Source: Balanoglossus misakiensis
Lineage: Eukaryota > Animalia > Hemichordata
Reading direction: 5' to 3'
NCBI GenBank assembly: GCA_040954595.2
Contig: CM082582.2
Span: forward strand, 11,526,315-11,590,314
Length of the DNA stretch: 64,000 nucleotides
The translations under genes were made by a program, and so were the position numbers. Numbering within the stretch: position 1 is the stretch's first letter; the number at the start of each line of letters is the position of its first letter. Below the pieces are notes generated by a model that had not been told where the DNA came from, ran no database searches, and was given only the letters and a program-made list of their open reading frames with translations. Positions 37,801 to 50,632 of the stretch are shown piece after piece.

Positions 37801-40800
37801 AATTAGTACAATACATATTGACGTTTTTCACCCTCGCATGAGATATATGACTAACAACGGTAAAGCTAAATGCATGCAACGAAAGCAATTATCCAAAACA
37901 AAGTCAAAACATATAAACCAAAAGAAATTTAAACTCGTACCATTCAAACGACTCCCGTGTTTCACGGATTATATTCATTTGGCCACAAATCAATGCCTCA
38001 GACAGAACCCTGACAGATATAATCGCATTTTCTTCTAACCATTGGATTGGAGAAATTTCGTTAAACTGTCTGATTAACGATAGACGTAATCATTTCTTTA
38101 TTGCCATGGTGACAAAGATTTTCATCCACGGGATTCGAAATCTGCAAGACTTGTCTTATTATATCGTATGTTCTATTGTTTAAGTTCTTGGTATATAGAT
38201 ACTAGTATAGCCCCATTAATAGGCGGAACTCAATGCACGTGTATATTTGAGTCTTTGCATGCGGAGAAACAATATGGCCGTCGAAATACAACCATTACGT
38301 GACTTTATAATTAGGCATTGGTTGGAATTACACATGAATGATGTCGATCGTGTATGGAACGGGAATGGTTCTTTTCTGTGACGCTGAAGGCATAAATGTC
38401 ACATTAAGAAGGCAATTTGAAGTAATGGTCAGTTTATTATCCTCTCATTACTCCACGTGGACAACTGAGAAAAAATGAATGTCGGCCAGCATCGAGAAAA
38501 GAATCTTTTCATAGGCTTTCACGGTCAAGTTCAACTGTCCACGCGATTCTCTTTAGGACACAGCCAAAGAGACCGCTGTAAACCACCCATGGCACGCTTT
38601 CTGCGAGTGCCCGCCACGGAACGACCAGTTGGGCGGCACGACCCATCGTCCCGTCCAAGCCAAGCGTTTCGCGATTCAATGGGGGTGGGTGCCGTAATAC
38701 ACTGTAGCCTAGCAGCCGCGCCACAGACTCTTCTGTCGCGGCCGGCCCACGGTGAAAATGCGAAACAGTCGGAACTCATCAGCGCTTCTGAAAGGTGTCG
38801 CTGCAGTTTATACACTCCGTGTGTTTTTTGGGGGTTGGGTTGGTTATTTTCAGCGGCCAGGCGTGCCGCCTACATCGCATTCACCGCATCCATTAGCCAG
38901 GTAAACTTCCCCCCGCCACTTTCGCGTCGCTTCGCTGCGAATGAAAAAAATCCGCACCTATATACTCATTATTGTTCCGGCGCATCGGGACCCGTGTTTT
39001 TGAGCGATAAAAGACACAAAACCTGGCCATGTCTGACTGATGGATTCCGTCCACTCGATCGAAGCCCCGATCTATAGCCCGATTGAGAGGCGAATATTTG
39101 AGAAAATATTTGCTCATTACTCTTATTCGTTGATTTCTTTCAGTGGAGTCAGTCTCGCCTTTTTAATAGCCCGCCGTCGGGCAGACATACCGAAATCGCG
39201 CGCCGGGGAAGTGCCTATGTTTACCGTTTCTGCCGAATTCAAAAAGAAACGTTCATGTAATCGCTATTAACGTTAACTTTACTTCCATCAAATTGCAGTT
39301 TAATTATTTTCACAATCCGCCGTTTATGGAAAGTTAGCATAAGGCGTTCTGCTTCCGGTTATTCGATCGTTTCCGTCGCGCACGGGTTCGATTCTTGGGT
39401 ACATGTTTAGCCATCAATAGGTAATGCAGTTGTCTTTTGTCGAAAGAGCGTCTCTATATTTTATATAAAAACTATTAAGTGATTTGTCAAAGTTTTCCTG
39501 TAGGCTCGTTTTCGATTTAAGTGTTTTTAGCTGTGATGAATGAATTTAAATTAATTTAATTTTAAATTACATGTAAATTAAATTGCACGCGGTTGCTTTT
39601 AATCGCCAATTTCACAGCATTTTCTAAACCAACTATGCTGTCAAAAATATCAATGCCGACCTCTGTGGAGTGATTCAAGTTGATGAAAAATAAATTTGAT
39701 CGCCATCAGTAATTTTGAAAACGACCTTGTCAATTGCATCGCGAGCATTGTTCGTAACCAAGGCTGGCACTTAGTAATCGTATTATCCCCGCATGTTAGC
39801 ACACACTGTACGACTTATTAAATATTTTCCTTGTGGCAACTTCTAGTTCCCAATATTGATCGTTGTTTGTCTTATCTCAGTAGTTTACCTTGAAGTAAAT
39901 TATAGAAGTAATTCGTGAGTTTACTTGTCTTGGTTTAACCTCCTCGGACAGACGGTTCGCTCTGACTGCAGGAGTCTTATCTCTGGTGGAGATCTGCGCG
40001 CCAATCGTTGATAGCGGTGACACGCACCGGCAGTTGTGTGCACGCGTAGACACTGGACCACCCTCCAGGGAAAATATAAACATAAACTTCCAAGGCAGTG
40101 CAATGTACGCGCAAGTGTTTGTTGTTGCGCACACAAAGTTTTGATCCATTTTAGGAAACATCCAACATAGAAGCAACTCAAATGTGCTGAAGGAAGTTTT
40201 GTGGCACAAAAACATAACTGCAATAAAATGTTTCAATTGGAAGGGAGAACAAATGGATTTGAAACCTCTCCCCATTTTTCCAAAATGATGATAATTGCAG
40301 GGTGAGACATTTTCTGCAATCAATTCATTTCACTTTCCAGGACAATTAGAGTGTCGTTGTTTGCTCCTTGAATGTGTTTGACTGTCATGTGGAAATGATC
40401 ACGCTCTCTGACCGAACTGCTTGCAGGCATTAGTCGACATCTATCAACACAACTTGTATACACATGGCCCCAAAATAGGTCACACTAATGACTATTACCG
40501 TCGAGTTAGAGGGCTTTGTTTGCTCCTTCTTGATGACCAGGTAAACTTGTGGCAGGTGAAAGTCTTCACAATTGTACCCTTCAAGGAGGATTGGGGGTCA
40601 CTTTTCTTGCGACCGAGAAAATCAAGTCCCTTTATGTCCGCTAGGCTGCCGACTCGGCTAAATGGCATCTCGGTCAAACTATAACTGCGGTCTTAAACGC
40701 TTTCTGTCGAGTGTGGGCTCTCACTTGTGATTGTGAGCCAACACCTTAAATGAGGCTTCCAGATGGACACACCTTTTTTGGCGAGTGACTTTCCACCTTT

Positions 40801-43800
40801 GGTGTTTTCGTTTCAGCCCCTCTGAGGAAGGGGTCCCCTACTATGGTTCTGTTGATCTCTATTCAAAATGACCGCGTGTGTGCGCGACGGTCTTTTGTAG
40901 CCCATGATTACCAATAACAATTTGGTATCATATCGAGAAAAGGAGATCTCAAAGGGCTAATCTTTGCCGAAAGCATTCTGCAAGGTATCAGGCAACCACA
41001 GGAGAAAGGTCGAGCTGAAAGAGACCACTGTTTTATAATCCTGTCTTTGTGACACACCGCACGTGACGTCATCTTGGTTGTTTGGTGTAGGGGGGAGCAG
41101 TTCGTCATCTTTCTATATGCTATAGTCATTCCACCAAAGGGATGCATCGATATGAGAAGTCGGATAAAATGTCTTATTTGCATAAATATTATACTGATAA
41201 ATTAATAACAAAGGAAAGCAAATTCACTTTGTCAATTTTACACGGATTTTGACATCTTTGCGATCAAGAACAGGCCATTTGCTCAGTAATTCCACTTGTG
41301 CGTTTTACGGCATCAGTAAAGAGTGTTGCGCCGATTCCATGTTTCAGAAACCTTCAGATCAGGGGAAGAGTCGAAGTTAGAAACTCTGAAGGGACAAAAA
41401 ATGTAGATCGTGTGACATCGAGTTTTACGCCTGGGACACGCGCAAGCATGATTGAACACGTTGTTTTTTGGCGCGGATTGTTGCAAATTACCGTATCCAG
41501 CCTGGAACGTTAATTGTAAACCGCATTAAATCGCTAAGAAGCGAAGCGAAGGGACAGGTGTCCGGTCACAAGTGTCCGGGGGATATCGTTTACCCGCGAC
41601 TTGCCTTCATCCCCCCTCACAACCTACTAGAGCCAAACTATTGTTTGGTATACAGATCTATAAACATATTACATTTCACTAATGGTGAATGGGGGTCCTC
41701 GACAAAAAACTGTCACCGTTGTTTTGTAGGGCGGCGTAAACACCCAAGCGGCACACACGCTGAAGCCAGTAGAGAAGCCGTCACCATCGTCGGCCTGTCT
41801 TTCATCCTCATGCTCTTAATCCTCCAATAGCGGAGCGATAACAAAGCACCCAGCCGGTGTAATGTGTCTTCTAAACTTTACAAGACCGTGCCATGGACAC
41901 GCAGTCCCGAGCTGAAACCGGAGAACCGGCCCATTCTGTGCCCTCCAATGAATTCGGGTTGACTTTTCGACTCGGCAAACTTTCAAACTTTTGAAGAGTG
42001 TTCAAACTTTTATTTGACAATTGAATGAAGGTAGCGGCGACTTGCAAAGGCTTTTTTGTGCATGGTGGGGACAATTGTCCGGACTTGAAGGGTACATCGC
42101 CAAAGATACAGCTGTCTTAGACAACAATTGCTCAAGTAAAATGCATAACCGACTTTACTTTGCACAGAACACAATCATCCATCAAAAACTGGCGTTTTGC
42201 TGGTTCTTGGCTGGCTGGTTTGTTTCATCCGTCATTTTGCCCATCGCTCATCGTTCACAAGATGTGAACACCATCCTCCGCCAACGAGTACACTTTTCTG
42301 CCGACTGAAAAATACACATTTCCAAGTTTTAATGAGACATAAAGAAAAAGGAACCAAAGAAGACTTGTTGTCAAATTGATGTGGAATTCAATGGAAATCT
42401 AGGGTAGATGTGTACCGTTATCTTTGCGTTTAAGATCTGGGGATGTCATTTGTTGTTGTGAGGAATTGGAAGAAAGTGCTATCACGCTTGGCTATTGATG
42501 GTAATGAGAGAACTAATTGTGACAAGACACCTCCCAGTCAGAGTCTATGAAACACAACTAATCGTGGCATTCATTCAGTCCAGGCTCTATTGCACGGCGA
42601 CCGCACACTCATTGTGAAGCCACATGTCAAAGGAGGAAAAAGCCCTTTTAACATCTGACAGCGACAAAAAAGGAACGGAGGCCAGTGCGTCGAGTGTCGG
42701 AGTGTATTTGCCTTGAGAGTGTATACACACACACGGGCCCGCATACCATGTCTCCACGCGCCATCGAATAGCACATGCCGTGCGTGCATGTCTCGCACGA
42801 CCATGCTACGATACAACTGCTCAGATGCGCATGCGAATGGTCTGTGAAAAAACGCATCTCAAAAACGCGCAGGCGAAAGTTCCTTTCTCATTACTATATC
42901 ATGCTCGAAATCGTAGGTTTCTTAACGCACTTGAATTGTCGGCAAAATGCGTTGTTTTTTACTAGTGTCTTTCTTTTTTTCACATCAGTGTTTGATCTCC
43001 CGGCCCGCTTCAGAATTGTTCGGACGGATTCAGGTAAGCCCATTTTTCTGTTCCATTCCCGCTACATGACCCATGAACCACGTGGCTACTCCCAACCACG
43101 GTGCGTCGGGCTTCCACTAAACCTCCTTGGAGCGCATTCCACAACATGCAGCATGTTAAACAAACTGAGTGAAATTGAGATGGGGATTCTTTTCAGAGAC
43201 GGGCACCCAGGCAGTAAGGGCCCACCTTTAATTCGTAAAAAAGTTGTTTGACAAGCGAGACAACTCTATTCAGACTAATAGCAGAACAGTTATTCGGGGG
43301 AAAAGAAACACAGGAGCGGTCTGGCATCCAATTATCCCCGACTCGTGAAAGGCTTGCATTTCACCGTGCGCGCAACCCAACGCCGGCACTCGAAGCGACC
43401 CGAAATACACACCGTTGCGTTCCGTTTCATGCCCCGGTCTGTTTGCTGAGGAAATTACAGGCCTTTCAAGAAAAACACGTCCCGCAGAAAATATTTAACG
43501 CAAAATTTGTAAACTATGACATTCTTTGGCGACTTAATAAATCAGTCGGTTTTCACTCCGTCGTTTGTTTAGTCAGCTCAGAGCAGAAACGAAGGCCAAT
43601 CTGTTGCCTCTAATATGTTTTGCACACAAACATTTCTCCCAATGCTGTCTCCTGATTCTTTTGTAGATCAATGTTGTCCTTACAAAACACACATCGCCGA
43701 ACACCTAAGTAATCTATGCTGAAAACTCTTTACTCTTCTAGACGAAAGAGAAAACTTAAACACTCCAAACATGGCGGTATATTTTAATGTGAATGGTGAT

Positions 43801-46800
43801 GCGAGAAAATAAGAAAAAATCACATGTTTAAAAAATCTACTTCAAAGGGGGAGCCTTGTAAAATGATCTTGCTCTCGAAGAGGATTTGCGTTGTCCTCCG
43901 TGGGATTTTGAACTGCATTATTATTCCATATTTTGCCCGGCAAGTGAGGTCATTCCTGCCAGTGAATGCGGAGGGTTTAGCTATACGGGTCCGGTTCAAG
44001 TTTCATCGTTGTATTTTATTCTGCATCACTTCTATCGACATCCTTACTTTCTCCGATCTCTCACGCGCTTTTCTGCTTCTTTGAAAACATATTTTTGATG
44101 AAATTCGACAACATAGCCATCCTTGATAAATTGCTTTCAATTTCGCTATTTTTTTCTGAGGGATGGTGACTTTCTCTCTGTGAATTCCACCTAAAATAAA
44201 CATGAGTGTGCGAGTGTAAGATCCAGGGCTACGACAGAATACCGATTTAAAATCGCCCATGAAAATTTCAAGTCTCGCGACCCCGACCTTCTAAAATTCT
44301 CGTCGATCCGAACAATTCCACCCCAATGATTACGCGTAGTTTGAGGGAAACCCGGATCATAACTTCAAATTGTCAATTTCATTTTAGATCACCCATGGTT
44401 TATTGTATGTTTCGTGTCAGGGCGCAGATGAAATATTACACGTTCAACCTAGAAAATGGTCTCTTTACTCCAGCGCTACGGTTTACTAAACGCGCCGAGC
44501 GCAAGGTGAACAAATTAACCAATTGACAGAGCGGTATTTATCGAATACTCTCATCCTTTGTGGAAATTTATATTGCAAATGGAATTAAACATAAATTCTG
44601 GTTTCCACAACTGGCCAAACATCATAAATTTACAGGCTTTCATAAATATATTGATGTTAGTAACGGATGCTTTGTTTAAGAACAAGTTTCGATGGTTCCT
44701 GGGTGTTCTTGCTGAAAGAGCTTGAAATCGACTCGAACACGCCCGTCTCGAGGTTCATGTCTCATTCAATGGCAATGTATTGGGCTTAGCTGGCCGACCA
44801 TGGGCCCCTTTGAATTACTGGAGGGGCTGCCAAACACTTTCAAGTTCCCAAACATAAAACGGGTCTTTCTAAATGCGGTGTATATCTGTCATGTTTTGTG
44901 TGTGCCATCTTGTACTTTAAATTCGCGGTTTATGTCCATCGTGGAGATTGTACGCGCGCTACTGATACGAAATTTTATCACCTTGGTCACTAAGTAGAAA
45001 CTTAAGATCCGTCGCGGTAATTAAGAAATTCGATAACGTTAATTAGGGTACATTAATGGTTATTATAAACACGTAATACATACAATTGTTAACGCACTAA
45101 TTGGACTATTAATTAACTGAAAGAGTTTGTCTTTTAAACTGTTGATATTTCACAGAACAAATTGTCGGAAGTTTACCTGACCAGGATGTAGTGATATACA
45201 GTTTTGATAATTACGTCGAACAGGCAGACACAGAGACACTGGGAGTTAATCGAAGCAAAAAAAAAGATTTCCAAAATCTGACGACTTCCCCTCTAGTCTC
45301 AGTTTTTGTTATTTCAGTATTACTAGCACATTCATACCCAAAAAATATGACTGGGATGGTTTCTGTCGTCGTGGTTTCATTGTCAAGATGTTGGCAGCCG
45401 TTCGTCTGAAGTTTGGGTGAAAATGTTTACTATTCATTCTCTAAATGTGTTTTTTTTTCTAACTGTTTTATTCAACGGCATGACACGGTTCCAGCTGCAG
45501 TTAGGAAAACGGCGCGACCGCCATTAATCGCAATTAATCAAAGAACGTTGTCAAGTTTTTTCCTGCTGTCTGCATACTAAGTAGCGCTGAGAACAAGTCT
45601 TGTACACAGACGCTCCGACCCAGCGAGCAAACCGTGACTATAAAATATATTCGCTGCAACGCTGACTCACTTTAATGCGCCTATTTGCCATTGTAATTGT
45701 CATACTTTTATTGATTCATTTGTAAATATGTTTGTGCCCGCTGTCACTTAAACTCAGCAACTTTACCGATTTAAAAAAAACTCCATCGTCGTTGATCTTT
45801 CGCGTGATTACAAATTTCCATCTGATTAAATTAAACATGTCCATTTTCCCTGTCCCGATAGCTTAGAAGACACGGACGGATTACATCACAAAAGTGCCTA
45901 GTATACAGCCACATATATCCTCTGTCCCATTTTGGCCTTTTCCAGAATATAGCATCCGCAAAACATCAAATAGAACAGTGAAATGTAAACTTACCTTCAG
46001 GCTAATTTTCAAGATTTCGTTAATTATCACAGAAAAGTTACAATCGCTTTATTTCAGTGGTTTTTACAGCAAATACAGAGAATTCATCCAATTCAGTAAA
46101 CTTTTAATGCTTAAAAATTACGATAATAAACTTTACATGTTGGATCTAGCCATTAGCTCACACATTGATTTCCTTTCATTTCATCATGATGTTAGTCACT
46201 TTGACATATGCTTGGTTGGGCCTGGAAAGTGCAATTGATTAAATGGAATTGTACATGCGTCATATGTGTTTCGCTGCATTCAAACAGACAAACAGCAGAC
46301 CGTGACGAAATCTTCATATTCCGTAGAATCCTTATATTCGACAATAGACTAAACTTGAATGTAGACAAATTATACACACATCTACGGAGAATGTCACATT
46401 CCTGCAAAAGAAGTTCGTTCTACCATCGTATTTAATTCAGATATAAATTATCGGTTATTTATGAAAGATCAGAAACGTGTTTCTATACAGTTGAGATGAG
46501 TTGTCTCCAAGAAAGTGGATTTAATATCGCAGTACATACACACCGAGTTCTCTCAGGCGCGGAGGGAACTGAGGGCGGTTCACATTTTAATAATTTCTCG
46601 CTGCCAATCAATCGTCCCTTCTGATGCCCGATCAATCTAGCCCCGCACCCGCCACGTGCTGGCCTGTTGATAAGAGATACGAGGATGAAAATTAATATTG
46701 ACAATTGTGAGAGACAGATCAGGGGTATCCGCGCGAGACTGGGAAGAGATATCATTCCTATGCAGCGATGACTGATGGTGCATGCGACGTCATAATGATG

Positions 46801-49800
46801 ACGTGGTTTTTTTCCCACTCCGCCGCCGCCGCTGCCGCCACGGGCGGTGTCTCTCGATGACCGGTGTCGCTCATGCTGCTGCGATGATGGAGAGGCAGAG
46901 AGCAGTAACCGAATCCGCTAAACCACTCCGCCATAACACCAGACATCATCTTCTTCAGTAATCTGCTGACGCGCTCAGTCCAACCGGGCGCCGGTCGTGT
47001 ACAGCTGTTTCGAACCCCAATCTACCAGATGACGCTGAATGCGGACCAAAGGCGGTTACACTTCTCTGACGACCAATCCTATGGACGGCGATCATTTAAC
47101 TCTGTTCTGAAATAAAACCACAGGACAAAGCAAAATATTACAAATAAAGCTCTCACAAAAATATATCTCACTCTCACCGATTGCATGTTCTGTATTCCGA
47201 CCTTTTAGAATCATCGCCAATTTGCCATCGAAAAATCGTATCACCTAATAGTGATTTCTTGTCAAAGTCTTGAATCTTTTCTTCTTTGAACACATATTTT
47301 TAAATCCTCGGTCTTGTTAATTGGGGCTAATTAAGTGTGCATGGCAAGAATCTCAAGTCTGCAAGGTTAAAACGCATTGCGAAGGTCATGCACAATTGAA
47401 TGCCATGTGTACTGTGTGGATTGACAATGCGGAACTTTGTTTTTCCATTGAAATTGTAATCCCTTGAAATAATTTGTTTTATTTTAATCTCATCAGGAAT
47501 ACTATTGTTTGATTCAATATAACTGTGGTCAGACTTCCGATATGTTTGTTTAGTAAGCCTGCATAATACAAAGACTAGACCTTGAGTTCATTGTTTTCGC
47601 TATGGTATTATGGAGTTGTGCGGTGTCTGTCAAAATCAATCTCTTATAGGTTTAAAATACCAAATGTTTTTTAAAAACCAGAATTCTGATTTGTACAACT
47701 GGATGATGTTCTAAAATGATACAGGAGGACGCGACATTTAAGTTACCGGTCATGTGGGACAGATTGACATTGTTGGCTGGGTTGGGCGTAATTAACAAAT
47801 ATATTTTGTATCTTACACGTTGCCCTTATAAAGTTTTAATATAACGAAAGAAACGGAAAATGTGTCTTAGACAAGCTTGGCCAGCAATATGTTTAGGACA
47901 AATTTATGAAATCGAAGTTTATTAGCTATAGATGTCACCAGATGTCGAGATCGGAACCCTCATCCTGCTCGAGTGGTAATCGAATGATAAATTGTATGAC
48001 CCGGTGTCTAAGTGTTTATGTCACACCGTATAAGGCTTCGGTTTGGAACATGCGGCTTTGGGACTAGCGGAAGATAGCGACGTTTGCGCACGCGTGACGT
48101 GATCATATGCAAATGTGTTCATATGTCGCGGGGTCTCCCGGATTGAGTTTCATGTATGCGTCAGACTATGGACAGCTAAAGATGGGAGTCACAGAGAAAA
48201 GAAAACGCACTTATCGCCGGAAATTTAGACAGGAAGATAATCGATTAAGAGTCCGCGAGGTGTTTTTTGTTCATTTTGTTCCCTGGGAACATTTGATCTC
48301 CGCTAAAAATGTCAACCCTGGAATAGAATAACATATTCTAAAATGATTTCTCGTAATTGCAAACTTTTCTTTTATTGCAGGTCGGGTTTATCTCATGCTG
48401 CAATGAAATCAGAAATACCATGAAGATGAGCATTGGCATACACATGTACGTATATCTCGAGATTGTATTCTATTTTTTACTTTTCCCATGAAAATCCAAC
48501 GTGCGCACACCTTTATCCGACATTATCATTTTTCCTGAGTGTAATGAGATATCTCCGTTACTTTTAGAGTTATATTATAGTGTTTTCTCAATTTTCGATT
48601 CCAGGCGCCGACGATATGCATTCACGCGAATCTCCAATTTAGTCGTCCGGAGCACGTTCGCTTTCCCTTTTCGGGTGATATATATAAATTTCTGTCAAAT
48701 TTATGTGTCATGTGTATTTGCCCACAATCTTGTACTCGGACATCCATGATATCAATGTATGCGGATCCTACATTAATGATTTAATAAAACATGATGAAAA
48801 ATAAAACATCTTGGCTGATTCATTTCCGCGGAAGACAGATAACGACTATCGACTTGAACTTGTCAATAGGTGCTGAGCAAGTATGCTAAATGAAATTAAA
48901 ATGCCATAAGTGATATGGGGTGCGGATACTTCCACACAGATAATCAGATAATACCTCTATTAACTACAGCTGATCTCGGATTGATTCTGACTGAACAAAT
49001 TCCCGCGACTCAAACCAATATCAGATTACTTTGGAGTCAGCGCCTCTTTTGACCAGTGAGACGTTACAGTCCATCTTTTTTTAATTAATAAAAAAATGAC
49101 ACACATGATATTAAATTAAATTCACCAACAACGCTAGCTTGTCAACATTTATCAGCATATGTAAAGTTTAAAATTGGGGGGGGGGGAGAAATAAACAACA
49201 AGTACCATCAAAGCAAACTTATACAAAGTAATATACTGATTAAATTTACAAAGCGGGCAAAAACGAACAATCAAGAAATATTTCAAACTAATGATACCAA
49301 TCGACGAAAAAACTTGAGAAGCCTCGGATTGTGTGCACAAAAGTCAATTAAGGCGAGTAGAAGCGTCATTCCAATCCTTATCTAGATGATCGATATGACT
49401 CCTAAAAGTGTCCCTTGGGCGGACTTCATTTGGAATAGGAAAGCTTATAGAATTTGCGCAGTGTAATGAGGATTGTGTTAAATTGACGTTAATAGCGTGA
49501 AGAAGACCATCCCGGGGATCGCGCGCGCCCACTGTTTGAAATCCGACAACGGCGTATCGATTAGAAGCGAGACAAGCATGAAATCAACATGAGGCAATCG
49601 ATTAATAAAACAGCGCTACCAGGGGAAAAGCGGTTGCTCGGAGCGTGTACTTCAGGTCGTCGCGACGCCCATCGTTTGAGAAAGGCCTGTATCGTTCACT
49701 TGTGTTAAACGACCATAGAAGAGAATCTAAAACCGTCAGATTTTAAATCGACATGCGGTGCCAGGTTTATGCTAGGTGGATTTCGGTTCCAGGGAGTTCA

Positions 49801-50533
49801 AGTTTTTTCGTTTTGTTAGGGTCCGCTCAATAATGAAAAAAAAAAACTAAGTTGGTTTACCGCGATAGTTAATGAAATAAAAAACAAAACACAATGGTGC
49901 GACAAATCAACCACGCCACGTGACGCTGCGTATCTTGGAAACCCTGGTCGTGTAAACAACGTAAACTTATCACAAAACAGCATGCCCCACAACACAATAT
50001 AGCAATTCCTGATTTATAGATTATGGAATACAATAATCAGCAGATAATTGTAGAATTAACAAAAGCCACGAGATTTTTGCACCGACTTAGCACACAAATT
50101 CTACACTGTGGCCACCCGTTGTTTTAATATACACGGCAGGCTTGTTAAGGGCGAAGACCCTCACCCGCGCAAGTATAACAATTATTGAAATAACTAAACC
50201 AACAATCAACAATTTCATGACTGGTCTCTGGACAGAAATCATTCTATGTAGGGATGTGATTTGAAACCTCTCTTTGGATTTGGAGAAAAAGGCGTGGATA
50301 CCAGACAGATCGTTCAAAACAACGACAGTATAACTGTGCTGTATTCACCACCTATATGTGAACGTTTGGCGTTCCATGGAGTAGTAAAGACAAAAAGGTA
50401 AGATCTTCAATAAGACAATAGACGAAGAAAAGGGATATTCTCCTAGTCTCATAGAAGTCAAAAGTGTGGATTTCGAGAGATTACAATTTTTTTAGCTATT
50501 TGAGTGTACATATGGAAAGTGTCAAATAAACGT

Positions 50534-50632
50534 AATGACGATTTTTCGACTTCCCGGAAGTGCAAAATTTCTTCATTTTTTGATAAAAATCATGGGTTAT
50601 AGCTCATGAAAATCATCCAGAAATGACATTTT
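50534..50632 (-). repeat. Diverged inverted copy (about 1.1 monomer) of the 88-bp satellite at the array edge
   Basis: aatgacgatttttcgacttcccggaag...catgggttatagctcatgaaaatcatccagaaatgacattttt is the reverse complement of the monomer with about 10 differences in about 99 nt (hand count). Confidence 0.9.

Noticed and set aside
39330-39400. tRNA or tRNA-derived SINE (A-box-like TAGCATAAGG, B-box GGTTCGATTC)
   Set aside because: No convincing cloverleaf or acceptor stem, tail or target-site duplication could be built by eye.
22185-50317. Numerous 60-200 aa ORFs in the intergenic regions (e.g. 36405-36944, 38475-39077, 42775-43251)
   Set aside because: No domain motifs, many non-ATG starts, and no consistent splice-phase chains; consistent with random open frames.
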